Assembly (NCBI GenBank): GCA_000320545.1
Contig: ADNK01003276.1
Span: 1 to 64,000, forward strand
DNA length: 64,000 bases
Source of the DNA: Bigelowiella natans CCMP2755
Lineage: Eukaryota > Protista > Cercozoa
Direction of reading: 5' to 3'
Shown here: one piece after another, positions 19,528 through 34,705 of the stretch
How the letters are laid out: every line of letters begins with the position of its first letter
How positions within the stretch are numbered: the first letter of the stretch is position 1
Translations under genes and position numbers: made by a program
Notes under the pieces: model-generated
Told to the model about the DNA's origin: nothing
The model's input: the letters and a program-made list of their open reading frames with translations, nothing else
Databases searched by the model: none

Positions 19528-21720
19528 AATAAAGCTCTACGATATGATTTCACACAAAAAATATTTTATGACATGCTACAACAGACCGACTTATTCCATG
19601 CCGACTTCGATTCAGTCGCAGAAGAGGTACCAACAGTTAAAGCTGAGAAATGTCTGGATCAGTCGATGTTCTATTTTCAAAATAATTCTAAATTTTAAAA
19701 CCTAATTCATGATATGTTGTTTTTTTTCTCACAACAACGATTGAACAAGTCGTTCCTGCTTATAAAATCATTAATTTTTTCCTTCGAATCATTAACGGGT
19801 AAATGGATGTGCGATATTCGATACATTCGATTATGATGATAAACAAACACTACTTCGCAATATGCGAACTATTATACCATTTCTACATGCCGCATTATAA
19901 TTTCAACGTTACTAGTTCTCTTTATTATGTACTTTATTAATCTATCTTGCTTCTCTATCTCTTCATCTCTTTTCTTTGTATGTGTGTCCGCGCGAGCGCG
20001 CGCCGCTCGCGCGGGCACTCGCGATTGTGTCAGTGTGTGTGTAATTGTCCTGTGTATTTGTTGTGTGTATTGTTTGTTGTTTTCGTTGCTTGTTTATCTT
20101 TCTCTCTTATCGACAACTTAATTAATTTTATTCAGATGGAAACAGCATTTGCAATGGAAACGGATGAATTGCTTCAATGCTCAGGCAAGGTATTGAAAGT
20201 TTTAACCATACAATTGTAAGTATTCTAAATTTTTGCCGGTAAATATGGTATAATACTAGAATAATCGCTTGATGTTAGAGAAATCATTTAGACTGAGGGA
20301 TATTGGATATAAACTCACTTAAATTATCTAGACAGGGGAAGGGGTAAGGAACGTGATGGATGCTATCGTAGAGAGAATACCTGCACCCACTGGATTATTA
20401 GAAGAAGGAAGACAGGCAAAAGATATGGTAAAACAACGAATTGTCACCCTAAGGAAGCGCTATAGAAGGACGATTGATAGAAGACATACAAATACAGAAA
20501 TCTATGAGTTTTTTGTAATATTTTGATTTGTTTGGATCATCTTTGGTGTGACATTAAATAAAATTAAAATTTGTTTTGATTTTCATGATTTTTCTTGACT
20601 TTGATAGGGTATTGGTAGCAAACATGGTATGAGCAGTGGCATGCGTGTATTGGTATGTGATTCGTGGTTTGAGGAGCAAAGAGGTTATGAGTAAGCTTTA
20701 ATTTTCCAATTCGTAATATATTAAGAAGAATTTGAATGCTTAAATGCCCATATTACACTTTGCATCACTACTATCTAGACTCTCTCCTCGACTTGTCGGC
20801 CAGTATTACTATAACCAGCACAACCACCACTACTACTTACTACTACTACAACAACTATTAACAACATAATCGTGTGTTTAATACTTTGCCGTCGATCATA
20901 TTAGAGATAATAACTCGGTAAATTTGTTTAGGGGTTGTTATGCTTGTCCAAATTCGAGATGGGGAATTAAGGACAGGTATGCAGAAAGCTTACAACAAAA
21001 ATTTGTGATGTGCAAATAACTTATTATAAATATATCAGTCATCAAAGTAACATCATCAATAATTTCTAGGAGACAGAATTGTTGGACTGTACTCAATGAA
21101 GGCGTATGAAGTTGTGGAGGTAAATCTCTCGTAGCGAATTCATGGTAGTAGAAAAGTTCAATTATATTACGGGTGAGTATTAAGTGGCTTTGTAGATAGT
21201 GCCAAATGTCCGGTGAATTAAATTTAACACAGGGTATCAAATAAGGGTGATGAGGACAAGGATTTAATGAACCTAAGATTCCTGCATAACAAAATTTCAA
21301 ACATCATGATAAATAAATGATTTTTTCATGCTGCTATGTAAGGTGGGGATGTTAGTTCCGTCACGAAGTCCAACAGGATTACTAAAAACAGGACAGGTAC
21401 GCAAAAACAGTATGAGCCACTTCGTACACTATGGCAATCTAAGTAAAATCTTTTGGTCAAAAAATCATTTCAAATTTTGTCCTTTTTAAACTTTTTTCGA
21501 TCTTTGTTAATTACAACATAGGTTGGCTATGCGATATGCAACATACGTGATCCTAAAAGTGTGAAGCTTGGAGATACCCTTGTTCCGCTTCATGCTGGCA
21601 GTCGAAAAAGTAGTCATAAGTCAGTGTCAGTGTCGGGAATTTCGGATGCAGTTATTAAGGTTTGAGATAGGTTAGAGTTTTGGAACCCCTTTGAATTTTC
21701 GTCTAATTATCAGAAGTATG

Positions 21721-21784
<64 letters not shown>

Positions 21785-22953
21785 TATATTACATTTTTTT
21801 TGTAATTAACATAAAATAGAACTGCAGAAGTATTTAAAATCGGATTGAATGGTTTGTCAGGCTTCCATTGCTGGCAAGACGCCTCTCCCTGGCTTTGAAC
21901 CTGCTAGACCAATGGTAGTGATTATTATTTCATTGTAAGAACATGAAAACACAAGCAATTACATAAATGCCCAATACAATACCGACTGTAATTTTTTCAA
22001 AATGATTTTTTCTTTTCCTTTACAGGTTTTTGCTGGGCTCTTTGCAGAACAATCATCGCATTTCGACCAAATGCGTGATGCAATCAGTAAATTGACCTTG
22101 AATGATGCTTCAGTGATCGTGTCGCCTGAAAGCTCAGATGCATTGGGAGTTGGCTTCCGATGTGGTTTTCTTGGCTTGTTGCACATGGAGGTATATAAAC
22201 CAAATGTAAAGGCAAATAATAGAATTGAATTGAACATCAAATTCACCATTTTCATTCACATTGTCACCATTATCACATAAGTAAAACTTTTATGTCGTCC
22301 AGGTGTTCACTCAGCGATTAGAAGAAGAATTTGGCGCAAAAGTTGTGGTACAATTAGAAACTATGTACATTATTAGTATTAGCTACAAACTAAGAAGACT
22401 TATTCTACATTTGTAGACAACAAACAAAATGGTATCCTCCAAGATAAAATATCTCCGCCTAAATTAGAAAACTAATATTATTGGTCAAGTAGTCTAATGT
22501 AGATCATAGACAGATTATTACAAACCCATTAATAGATAGTAAAGGAAGTTCTGTAGTTGAAGCAGATATGAATGTGAAACTGTCTGTATTTATTTGTTCT
22601 TGTATCCTCGCAGGTAACTGCGCCAACAGTCCCATATCGTGTTTCCCTAACCTCAGCTGGAGCAGCATCATTCAAGTACACATTGTTATTATATATCCAA
22701 ATAATTTCTTCCTATTTTTAAGGTTAAAATAACTAAAGCTATATAGAAACACTTGCCGTATACAATAATAATGGGTCTCCTTTTTACAACATTATTTAAT
22801 GGTTTAATAGATGCAGCAAATCTACTAGTTCAGAGGACTCTGGTGAAAATGATAGATCATTGATTGTGAACTCAGCTGGAGAATTTCCTGATCAATCAGT
22901 ACGATTTGGCTTTTTTTTTATGAACACTGATACCTATATGTTTGTTATAGTTG

Positions 22954-22993
<40 letters not shown>

Positions 22994-24030
22994 ATATAAT
23001 CATATTTGGTTTGTATTTTAAATGAATGAGTACATATATGTGTATTTATTTCTCCTTCTCTCTCTCTCTCTCTTTGTGCGTGTATTAGTCTGTATATGTG
23101 TGCAAGAACAAGTTTATGTATGTAGTAAGGAGTTCATGTATGAGTTTAAATAATGCCTAAATATAAACTGTTTTTTTTTTCTCTCTCTCTCTCTCTCTAT
23201 CTTTCTCTATCTTAATATTAATCTTCCTCCTGCCCCTCAACCTTTCCAGATTATAGATGAGGTTGCTGAGCCAATAGTTCAAACAACTATCATTGCTCAC
23301 AACGAGCATTTGGGAGCTGTAATGGATTTATGTCGCAATTCAAGAGGAGTACACGTCGACTCTACGGCTCTTGGCAAAGGTCGATTATTGCTTCGCCATC
23401 GAATACCGCTACAACAAATCGTTGCCACAAGCTTTTACAACAAGTTGAAGGCAACAACCTCGGGATTTGCTAGCTTTGAGTATGATGATGCAGGGTAAGT
23501 TCTGTCAGAAATTGTTATATTTCGAATTTGTTTTTCTCTCAGGTGAATTAATGTAGATTCTAAACCTCTGTTTAATTTCTATCTAAAATTAACACAAAAA
23601 TGATGCAGAAGAATGTAGATGTTGCTAAAACTAAACTCATTTCTTCAGTTACGAAGTCTCCCTATTAACAAAGATGGAGGTTCGGATAAACGGTAAACCT
23701 GTCGATGCTCTCTCGGTAATAGTTCATCGGTCTTTCTCACAACAACAAGCACGATCATTGTTGCTCAAGTTAAAGAAGCTTATTGATCGGCAAAGCTTCG
23801 AGATTGTGCTACAAGCCAGTATTGGAAATAAAATCGTTGCAAGGGAAAGAATACCCCCATTTCGCAAAGATGTACTCACCAAATCTGGAAAAACTGTGGG
23901 AGGGGGTGACGAAAGTCGAAAAAAGAAGCTTCTTGAAAAACAAAAAGCAGGCAAAAAAAGAATGAAGACTGTTGGTAGAGTACCGCTTAGTCAGGAGGTT
24001 TTCACTGCAGTTATGCGTACCGATGGTTGA
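16549..24030 (+). CDS. GUF1: Translation factor GUF1 / LepA (EF-4), probably mitochondrial
   Basis: Spliced motifs IRNF|[15 protein letters not shown], [28 protein letters not shown]|[92 protein letters not shown]. Arg-rich, acid-poor N-terminus [17 protein letters not shown] fits a mitochondrial presequence. Confidence 0.95.
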
Positions 24031-24079
24031 ATTTTAACTGCGAACAATGACTTTCAAAATATTGTTTCATTTTGTTGGT

Positions 24080-25260
24080 AGTAGTGCAGCATGTGAGCGC
24101 ACTGCGTGTGCGCATGGACATGCCTTCTACATCGTAAGAAGTTAGAATAATATGCATGTGCCATTCCCATCATAAGTGAGACAAGGTTTTTGATTTCACA
24201 GGCGATTAACCTACTTGTTCGCTGATTCACGCGCATGAGAGCAACACCATGATGACAACCATCTCATTTTTCATGTACGCATGTAAGCGATGCACGTTAT
24301 TAGCCGTTAATGAAGACAACATTTAGTAGAAGAAGCAAAACTCGAGTCTGTGCATGCTGCACTGCGCGCGCAAGACGCAGATCGGTTAGCTAGATGGAGG
24401 TGGCATCAGGCATTGCAATGTGGTTTCTTAGTTTCGAACATCGCGACTCGCGATTGTCGCTCATGTGGTGGTGCACGTGCGTGTGCACAGGCGGTAGCAA
24501 CCCCAATGAGCGGTTGAAGGGTGAAGGGGATGGCATGAGCATGTCTAGATGTGTAAGCACTGGAGCATGACAAAGTGCAAGTGGAGCGCACAAGTGGGAG
24601 CATGCATGACTAGATACGATGAGCGTGACAAAATGCAAGTGCAGTGCACAATGCAGGCGCAAAAGCATGCAAGCTACATAAAAGCACTTGCGCACAACAC
24701 AGACGCAAGCATGCAAGCTTGGTCACACAAACAATGAAAGCCCACACGTCTAGACGTGCAACCACACTAGCCCAATCAAAGGTGAAGGGAATTGGTCAGT
24801 TGTTTCGTCAGTGACCATTCGAAAACGTTTCAAATTGATTTCCACAGGAAAACTTTTGCAAACATTTTCCTTGTTTGAACGAGCATTGTTTGCATTGATG
24901 AACGTGATGAATCGAACACCAGTGACTTTGCGACGACGTGCATGTGGCCATTGTTTGTTCAAATCGAATAACACTTGTTCAGAAGCAAAACAAACACGTT
25001 TCCAAACAAAAAAAAAGGTTTGTGCCCAGCTCTAGTAGACTAGTAGGTACGTACGTATGCATGTTTCGGTGCACATGCACGAGCACACATAAAGTGGCGC
25101 CAATTGCGAGCGCTTCGAACGTTTATCATTGCTTTCGCGCTCATGCACTGCGTGGCCGCATGGATATCTAAATGTGCATCGCTGTTATTTGTTTATATGT
25201 TCGCAATGTCGTATCGTGAGTAAAAAACATTGAATTTCACAACAATGCACGAGACTAGCA
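24080..25260. other. TpA-depleted, TG/CA-rich spacer between convergent GUF1 and GT4 genes
   Basis: No TA in about 24771-24967. Most remaining TAs in the core are CTAG, TTAG or GTAG. Confidence 0.85.
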
Positions 25261-25349
25261 TACCATACAGCCTGCATGTCTGTTATTTTTTCAATTTCTC
25301 ACCACACACACACACGCACACGCACACACACACATTACGAGATAGATAA

Positions 25350-26442
25350 TCATCCTGGTATCCATGCGTCAAGCATTCTCCACGTTCTCCGTAAGATCTT
25401 TATCTCCTAAAGTTTTTTATAATTTCGAGAAAATAAATGATTAATTAGGTCTCCTTATCGATTTATTTGCCTAGAGCTGACCTTCTTCATCTTCATCATC
25501 ATCATCATGAAGTTGATATATACGATATCCGGACATAGAAAAGTGATAATAGTAATCCAAGTACTCGATCGATTATTTTCATTACTAATTAAAATGGGCT
25601 CTTTCTTCACAATCTGTGCTTGGATTTGTCGTTATTGTTCTTATGGTGATGATGATGTGTTGTAATATATTCTTCATTACATGATAGCTTACGAAGAGTG
25701 CAAGTCCAATGGCTACCACTCTCAGTACGATAGCCAGAATATTGACAAGCGTAACATGGCGTCTTTTCACTGGTTCATTCATCAAGATCATATCTTCATA
25801 TTGCTTCAATAGAGTGTCTGTCGCAACTTCCCAACTTGCTTTCACAGGGTTTTGTAATAACCATTTTCTTGCATTTGAATTGGAAGCTGCTGCAATCGCC
25901 TCAGCCAGAGAGTTGTTCTTTCCTACCAGGACATTGAAGAGGGAGAAGGAGGATGAGGATAGAAAAGATGATGATTGGGAGAAGTATCCAAGAAGGAGAA
26001 GGGTTATAGAGGAAAAGAGGTGTTCGTACTACACTCCTCTTCTTCCTCCTCCTCCTCCTCCTCCTCCTCCTCCTCCTCCTCCTCCTCCTCAAGGGTTATA
26101 GAGGAAAAGAGGTGTTCGTACTACACTCTTCTTCTTCCTCCTCCTCCTCCTCCTCCTCCTTCTACCACTACTACTACTACTCCTACTACCAGCTTCAAAA
26201 ATCCATTTATCTGGCAGTTTGCCCTTCCATAGCTCATCAAATACTATACAATGTGGAATCACAACCTGATATTATATAAATATCAACACACAAACACATC
26301 ACAATTAAATATGACTTGAATGATGATGATGATGATACTAATACGTACTAATAATTATTACAGGGGTACTGCAAGCAAGTGACTCTAACACTGTTAGTCC
26401 ATACGTTTCTGACCGACTGCCTAAAATTACCAATAACAATAG

Positions 26443-26475
<33 letters not shown>

Positions 26476-26554
26476 ATGAGGAGAAGAACATATCATTTAT
26501 GGGTGATGTTGCTAAATGATTCTTCTATGTTTTATCATCAAGCGTATTTCCTTT

Positions 26555-26587
<33 letters not shown>

Positions 26588-27613
26588 ATTATTATTTTGA
26601 TTATCACATGTGATGAAGACGTCAGCAGCTCGATATAAGGGAGGGAGATCTGAATTAGGAATCCTTCCAAGGAATGTCACAGGCAAGCCCTTTGCCAGCT
26701 CTTTTAACCTGGTGGTGAGAGTGATAAGTAGATAGTAACATTAGACTGCTGTTATCAGTAATGTTAGTATTACATCATCATCAATCATCATCATCATTAT
26801 ATACGTACTCGTCCTCTGAAGGTCCGTGCCCAACAATCACTAAATGAACATTCACTTTCCCTGACGACAACAACAAATCGGCAAGGTAATTAAAGGATAA
26901 ACAACAGTGAGATACTGGATAAAATGATACATGAATAGGATGCACACATCAAACAAATACTACCACTATTACCTTTTAACTGTCTTAAGGCCGGAAATAC
27001 TCGCTGGATTTCTTTTTCAGGTGCTAACCTATGACGCATAATTGGTGGTGATGGTGATGGTGATGATGATGCTAACCTATGACGCATTATTGATGATGAT
27101 GGTGATGATGTTGATGATGATGGTGATTTCAACCTATGACGCATTATTGACTAGGGCAATGATGATGATGGTGATGATGGTGTAATAACAACTCAAGCAT
27201 TAAGAATCATGAAGATTGAGGATATGAAATGAAGGAAAACATACGATTGCTAAGAGAAGAAGGAGCAGCACTACATTATGAGGATAGTAATACCATCATT
27301 GTTGATCGATTGGTTTGTATAGTGATTACTGATATTATTATTACCTTTGCACCATTAGAAGTAGTTTTGTGTCTTCTGAGATGCTGCTACTACTACTACT
27401 CCTGGTAGTACGACGTGTACTATTTTTTGTAGCAGTAGTAGTAGTTAATTTATCCACAAGCTTCTTCCTCTCACGACAACGCTGCTCTTTGCTTTCAGCA
27501 TTAAAACTGATGATAATAATAATAATAATAGATGATGATGCTGCTGCTGCTGATGATGATAATCTTCCAGTTTGATTTAGATGAGAGCTACTACTGTGAG
27601 AAGAGAACATGGC

Positions 27614-27646
<33 letters not shown>

Positions 27647-27960
27647 GCATACTATTAGTAATGTTTACTACTACTTATTATTACTACTACTACTAGTACT
27701 ACCGCTCTGTTTGTACTCCTGTAGGAATCACTGCCGTCCTCAACCCACCACTTTTTGCCTATCATTCATATACAACAACAACAACAACCACCACCACCAC
27801 CACCACCACCACCACCATGAAACATCATACACATCCAAGAAAGATTGAGCGAGGGAGGGGGGGATGATTGTGGCGTTGGAGAAACCATGAAAAACAGTTG
27901 GTTAGTAGTGAGTAGTGGTATATTTGTTGTTTTTGTCACTGACAAAGACGCTATTCTAGC

Positions 27961-27991
<31 letters not shown>

Positions 27992-28149
27992 GGTTCAGTA
28001 ATAGTAGTATTTACCAACTAGTTGAGATCTCATCATCATCATCATTATCATTATGATGAATTTCTCACTATAAAGTAATACCAAAGGCAGATGCTCATCT
28101 AGAAAACATTGTGTCATTGAAGCATTGACAGTACCTAATCATGATAATA

Positions 28150-28185
<36 letters not shown>

Positions 28186-28999
28186 GAAGAAAATATAATA
28201 ATAAAGTTAGTGTACACTGATCAAATTGATGACAGCCCTCATCGTATGCATCATCCATTCTTTGGATGTACAAGCAGCACATGTTACAAACATATATTTA
28301 TAAATAGTACAGTAGTACCCCATTGCTGAGCTGGAAATTTAAACAACTGCCAGTAGAAGAAAGTCCCCAATTTATACGCAATACTTACGTAAACAACAAC
28401 AATAATAACATCAACAACAGAAAGATGGGAAGGAACAACAATAACAACAATAAGTACATGAAATATACTATTGATTGATTGATTGATTGATTGATGATGA
28501 AAAGGAAGAATATAATATCAACCGAAACGTAAGAAAATGCATAATCTTGAACAATCTCATGAATGAATAAAAGAATGAATGAATCATGATAACAACTACT
28601 ACCAACATATTCGATAAGGAAAATCAACATCGATTGAGTACTATTACTACTACTACTAGTAGTAGTAGTACCCCTGTGTGTATTTTTTGAAATAGAGTTC
28701 CATATCGACGTGGTGCGAGCAATATGTAGGAATAGCACGCCACGCACAAAGAGGCAGCACAAACCAACCGAGGAGTGAAGGATACCTACCAGTAATAGAG
28801 TAGTAGTAGTCGTATTAGTAGTAGTAGTAGCAGAGAAGGTGAGAGCAGTAGTAGTAGTAGTAGAAGAAGAAGAAGAAGATAATGATGAAGGAAAAATAAT
28901 CGTCTCCTCTCTTCTTTTACAACTTGGAACGACAAACATCCATCCATTATGTCATCATCCCCCCCCCACCAAATTATGCACCATACATACATAATCACC

Positions 29000-29030
<31 letters not shown>

Positions 29031-29883
29031 CTACATTTATTTATCTATAAATATATATACTCTTTGTTCTTCTTACACAAGATGGACGACATCCCAAGCA
29101 TAAGCTCCTAGATACCATGCAAGCTTCACACCTTATGATGGTTATGAAACTGATGGTGATGATAGTGATGATGAATGATAGATACTAATGATGGTGATCA
29201 TAGGTTTTTACTTGAGCAACAGAGCAATTACTACTACTACTACTACTACTACTAACTACTACTGCTGTGATGTTTGAAGCAGCTAGCTCTATCCTCCTCC
29301 TCCTCCTCCTTTGGCATGCATCCATGTTGGCTAAACACAGCTCACATCGACAGGACCCCCCCCCCCCCCTCAGTTTGCCATTTATCTATTTTTTCATTTT
29401 AATCAAGTTTTAATACACAAACAGCTCAAATTATGCACAATAAGCAGTAGCGTCGTCATAAATATACTGCAAGCAAGCAAGCAGTGTAATTAACTACAAG
29501 CAGTGTAATGAACTGCTGCCGCAGATGATTCCACGAAGCCCCTCATTCCCCTCCCCCTCCTCCTCCTCGTCCTCCTCTTTAAGTTATGCATCATCTGTGT
29601 GCTCATCATCATCATCATCCATCCATCCATCCATCCATCCATCCATCATCCTCAAAACTACTGTGTGGTCTATTCACACTTGAGTAGTAGTAGTACTAGT
29701 TTATACCTGCACTGAAGCTCATCTTGTTGCATTTATTGTATGGATTTACCAAAGATGGGAGGTCGGGATGATGGAATGAAGTATAGAATGCTCCTTTCAT
29801 TTTTGGTGAAAAGATGTGGACTTCATGGCCCCTAGCTCGCATGACTTCTACATATCGTTGAAACCTCAATGCGATGCCTGTGA

Positions 29884-29915
<32 letters not shown>

Positions 29916-30631
29916 TAAACAAGATCTCGTTCAAATATCATGTTTACTTTTCCTGATAAGAGTTTAAAAAGGTACGTTGGGATCACAAAAGAAGAAGAAA
30001 GCAGAGTGTTATGGGAGGAGAAGAAAGAGAGAGAGAGAAACAAAAGGGTTTATTATTCCTTTTTAATGAACAAATAACATGCAGGATCTTTAACAACTTT
30101 GAAAATAGAATTACCATGTGTTTGTGGAGGTACATAATCTGTTATGATGAGGACTCTCTTGTTTACATTCTCTTGGGGGGGACCAACAATGAGACGCTTG
30201 ACAGCACGACACACTAAGAAGACAGCAGCAGTTAAGGAGATTATGTATTTCTACAAACATCGGATCAGGGACTGTTGGGATCACAAAATCCATTAGACCA
30301 TTAAACTCACGTGTGGCGCAGAGAAACACAAAGTAGCTAATTAGAATCCGGGGACAGTATGTGAAAAGAGCGACGATCTGCGTGCATGAAGTACATTGAT
30401 CATCAATGATCATTACTACACATTAAATAAACAAAATGAAAAGGACTGCACAAATTATAAATACGAACACAATAGACAAACGGAAAGTAGTACTGCTTTG
30501 TTCTACCAGCGAGGGTGGGACACCAGCAATCGCCATCTTCTTCCCTCAGTGCTGAGATGAGCGGGGTGTGTATGTGCTACTACGAGGTTGTGGGATGGGT
30601 TGGTATTGTCAGCCTTTGAATGATCATCCAT
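25350..30631 (-). CDS. GT4-family (GT-B fold) glycosyltransferase, SQD2/MgtA-like, with C-terminal hydrophobic segment
   Basis: Exons RVLIITDYVPPQTHG|IALRFQRYVEVMRARGHEVHIFSP, YCSHHVD, RLAPEKEIQ, HLVIVGHGPSE, VTFLGRIPNSDLPPLYRAADVFIT, SETYGLTVLESLACSTPV (GT4 E-x7-E motif), ASWEVATDTLLKQYE. Last exon EIKILRRTWRMLDAWIPG*. Confidence 0.85.
27023..27150 (-). repeat. Triplicated 3' splice-site module in a GT4 intron
   Basis: AACCTATGACGCAT occurs three times, separated by (GAT/GGT)n. On the minus strand it reads ATGCGTCATAG|GTT. Confidence 0.85.
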
Positions 30632-30932
30632 ATGAGTTTGATATTTAGAATGCAGGTCGTATTCAAAAATAACATAATTTAATACTTGTCTCAATCTGAA
30701 AATATACATTGGCTGCGTGGCGGGCTTAGTTGTAATTTGCGGGAAATACCTACTTGAATATTCTATTCATTTTTGGGCTACGACAACCTTCATTTTGTAT
30801 GAGTAGTCATATTTATGTGTAACATAATAGTTCTGCGACATGTATAATCGGTTGTCGTTTTTAGAAACTCAGCGTCACATTAGAGCACATAGACCTAGTG
30901 AGACCGATAAATTAATTTATTATTTCGCTATT

Positions 30933-31596
30933 ATGCCTGTCAAACCACACCTCACGTCGACGAGTATCGTACCTACCAAGAAAAGGAGGAGGAGGAGGAG
31001 GAAGCTGCTCTCTAACTCGCCCATTCATTCAACTACAACAACAATAACCCAACTAGAAGCACAATTCATAATTGAGGTGCAGGAGGAACGTGTTCATAAA
31101 CGTGCAAGGCAACATCCAGTCCCCGCATTTGAAGCACATAATCATAACAAAACTAAGTGATTATTCTTAAAGCAGCAGCAGCTAGAGGCACTCTCTCTGC
31201 CCATCATCGGACCAATACATGCCTGTTATAGCGAATAATCTCTACTTACTGCTCCTACAAGCAGCAGTCGTAACTTCCCTGCCAACAGCTATTCAAAAAT
31301 ATTCATGCGGGCGATACTTCCCAGCACAGTCCCTGCAGAGACGGAGGAGGAGGAGGAGTTCCCACAATCTTAAACTTCCTGTACGACGACAAGAATATAA
31401 CAATCAATTATTTCATACATGTGTACTTATGGTGAACGATATATAATAGCTCTTTTGTCTTCAATATCACTCATCTGATACATGTCTTAGTTGGTTTTCA
31501 TTTGTTAAGTTGGCTTTTATGTTATATCAGCGACAACATGCTACTTCTAAAGACTCAAACGAAATTACAACCACCACCAGTGTCGATGATCCCACA

Positions 31597-31638
<42 letters not shown>

Positions 31639-32305
31639 GCATGAGTTTGTTAGTTGAATAGATAAAAGAGAAGAAGGTTTCTGATAGATGTGTATATCTA
31701 TGAGGTAGTAGAATTTTCACGTATGCATTATTATTCTCCAGAGAATAAGAAATGTAAATAGTAATAGGGATCATAATACCGAGTCGTTGCTTATTCCGCA
31801 ATTAATCAATTAGGGCTTTCAACGCAGTGTCTTCGATAATAGACAAGTTAGGTCAGTCATTCATCAAAAAAAGAGAAATAATTAAGAAATAAAGAACACA
31901 TGATGCAAATATTTGCGAATTACTTCAAACCCCATTTTCTTTATCTTTGACGCTGTTATACTCACCACTTTTGCTGTCCTTTCTTTTTCTTCCATTACTC
32001 TTCATTTTCTTACTAACGCAATTGTCTTCGTCATCATTATCATTAATAATAGTAATAATTTTACTACTACGATAACAATTATATGACTACTTTTATCTAC
32101 AAGGATGATATTCAAAGATTTTAAAAATGATTGTTTTTCCTTCTTCTTCTTCTTCCTCTTCCTCCTCCTCCTCATAAATTGCATGTTGTCACCGCTTAAG
32201 CTACTAGTTGTTTATTTCTCAATTATGATGGTGGTGTAGGGGAATACTCCAGCAACATGAATTCATGGGATGATCAACAAATGGTAGTAGCAATAGTACT
32301 AATAG

Positions 32306-32337
<32 letters not shown>

Positions 32338-32619
32338 GTAGTAGTAGTAGTAGAAGAAGAAGAATAAGTAGTAGTGTGATATATTGATGATGATGATGAT
32401 GATAATGATAACGATGATGATAACAATGATGATGATGATGATGATGATGATGATGGCACAGGAAATGTGGCAAAAGGAGTACTCGGATCTTGTTCAAAAT
32501 GTCGCGGTACGACTTAGTGCGAAAATGTAAATGATTTGCTGCTTCTATCACATCCCATCGTAATTTAATAATAATACGCTGTACTAACCAATCACCGCTG
32601 ATGTTGCTGCTGCATAAAA

Positions 32620-32655
<36 letters not shown>

Positions 32656-32807
32656 GGTGTGATTGGTATAGTTAGGAATACGATCGATGCCATCATCAAC
32701 AATAACAACATATATATGCTGCTGCTGCTGCTGCTGCTGCACAGGTACCAACACTGGCCTTCGCAACTTCTAATCTCGTCATTTCTACGGTATTGTTATT
32801 ATTACTG

Positions 32808-32838
<31 letters not shown>

Positions 32839-33237
32839 ATCTAAAAACTACTGCTTACTTATACACGGTATATTGATATAATAGTGAAGAAGAAGAAGAA
32901 GAAGAAGAAGATGTCGATGTAAGGGAGGCCGACAACTTAACCACATATCATCACTATATAACCATCATACCATCATTATTTACTTATGATTTTGGTGATG
33001 GCTCATCTTCTTTCCCTCCCCTCCCAATCCCTCCCCTCCTCTTCCTCCTCCTGCTGCTCTTGCTATAATTATCACCTTCCATCTAATATTGTATTAGGCA
33101 ATCTTCTTCAGTATTCTTGTTTCTTTGGATAAGACAGGTAGGTGAGGGGTGGTGATGTTAGCACATGACGTACCGATCGAATAGATTGATTGATTCATTG
33201 CTTACAACTCATCAAACATTGATGATCACGATTTTGG

Positions 33238-33269
<32 letters not shown>

Positions 33270-33895
33270 GCAGCACTCTTCGTCATCATCTGTCTAGTGA
33301 TCCTCCTCCTCCTTCTCCTCCTCCTCCTCCTCCTCCTCCTCCTCCTCCTTCTCCTTCATTCTTGCCTTCTTTCTTTCATATATCTTTCATTCTGAAGAAT
33401 ATAATATTTAAACAACCGAAGATGATGTTTTTTATTTGTTATATTATATCATTACTTTACTAATTATTACTCCACTTACTAAATGACACTCTATCTGCTG
33501 CTAGGGAGAGGATTTTCAGACGTTCAGACAATCCTTGGGGCTATTCCTCTTCTAGGTGTGTGGAAAAGAAGGAGAAGAAGAAGAAAAAGGAGAAGGAGGA
33601 GATGAAAGGGTGTTGGGATAATAATTTGTATGGGATGATGGAAAAGGAGTAAGTATTATGAGAAGATAATCATCAAAAAGGCAAACTGCTATGAGTTATT
33701 CATGATTTTCCTTCATCATTCATTCATCAACAACATGGACAAAGAACAGCGACATTTCTTCCAATATCAATCTCGCACACATCGTAATAATGTCCCTTAT
33801 CTAAAATTCTTATTCTTGGAACTTATTACCCAAAATAGTAGTAGTAACACCCAGCATGCATATGCTTACACACACACACACACACACACACACTA

Positions 33896-33955
<60 letters not shown>

Positions 33956-34461
33956 ATAATATGCATCATAATGCAGGTCAGAAGCTACAAGGAGCCCTCA
34001 CAAATGTAAGTAAGAGAGCAAGAGCGAGCAATATTACCACACCACCACCACCACCAGAAGAAGAAGAAGAAGCAGCAGCAGCAGCAGTGTGTTATACGAT
34101 CTAGCAGTAGTAGCAAGCAGTTGATTACTATTATGATGGTTCAGCGACACCAGTTATAATAATAATTATAAGTAGTATCCTGATGATTTAAATAGCTCAC
34201 ATTTTACAATATTTCCAATAACAACTCGCGATGACGATTTAAATAATTCATAGATCAACCCATGATGATGGTGATGACGATGATTTTGAATAATTGATAT
34301 TTAATAATATAGCCAATAACAACTCCTCCTGATGACTTAGATTGACCCTAAAATAGGAAATGGTGCTCTTTCGTTGGTACCTATATATTTTAATATCAAT
34401 TGTAAATCATATATAACATAGTTATAATGATAGAGCGTACTCATGCCTTACTACTACCTTT

Positions 34462-34492
<31 letters not shown>

Positions 34493-34657
34493 CAAATACC
34501 ACAGGTAGTAGTATAAGTGTCAGTGATATTATATATATGGTACAGAAGCTGTATTTCTTCTCCTACACTTTTATTATCATTACCACCCACCATGTGTAGT
34601 TTCTCTGATTATGCTACAGCAGTGTGCGATGGTAGAGATTCCTTCATTCAATTATTG

Positions 34658-34705
<48 letters not shown>

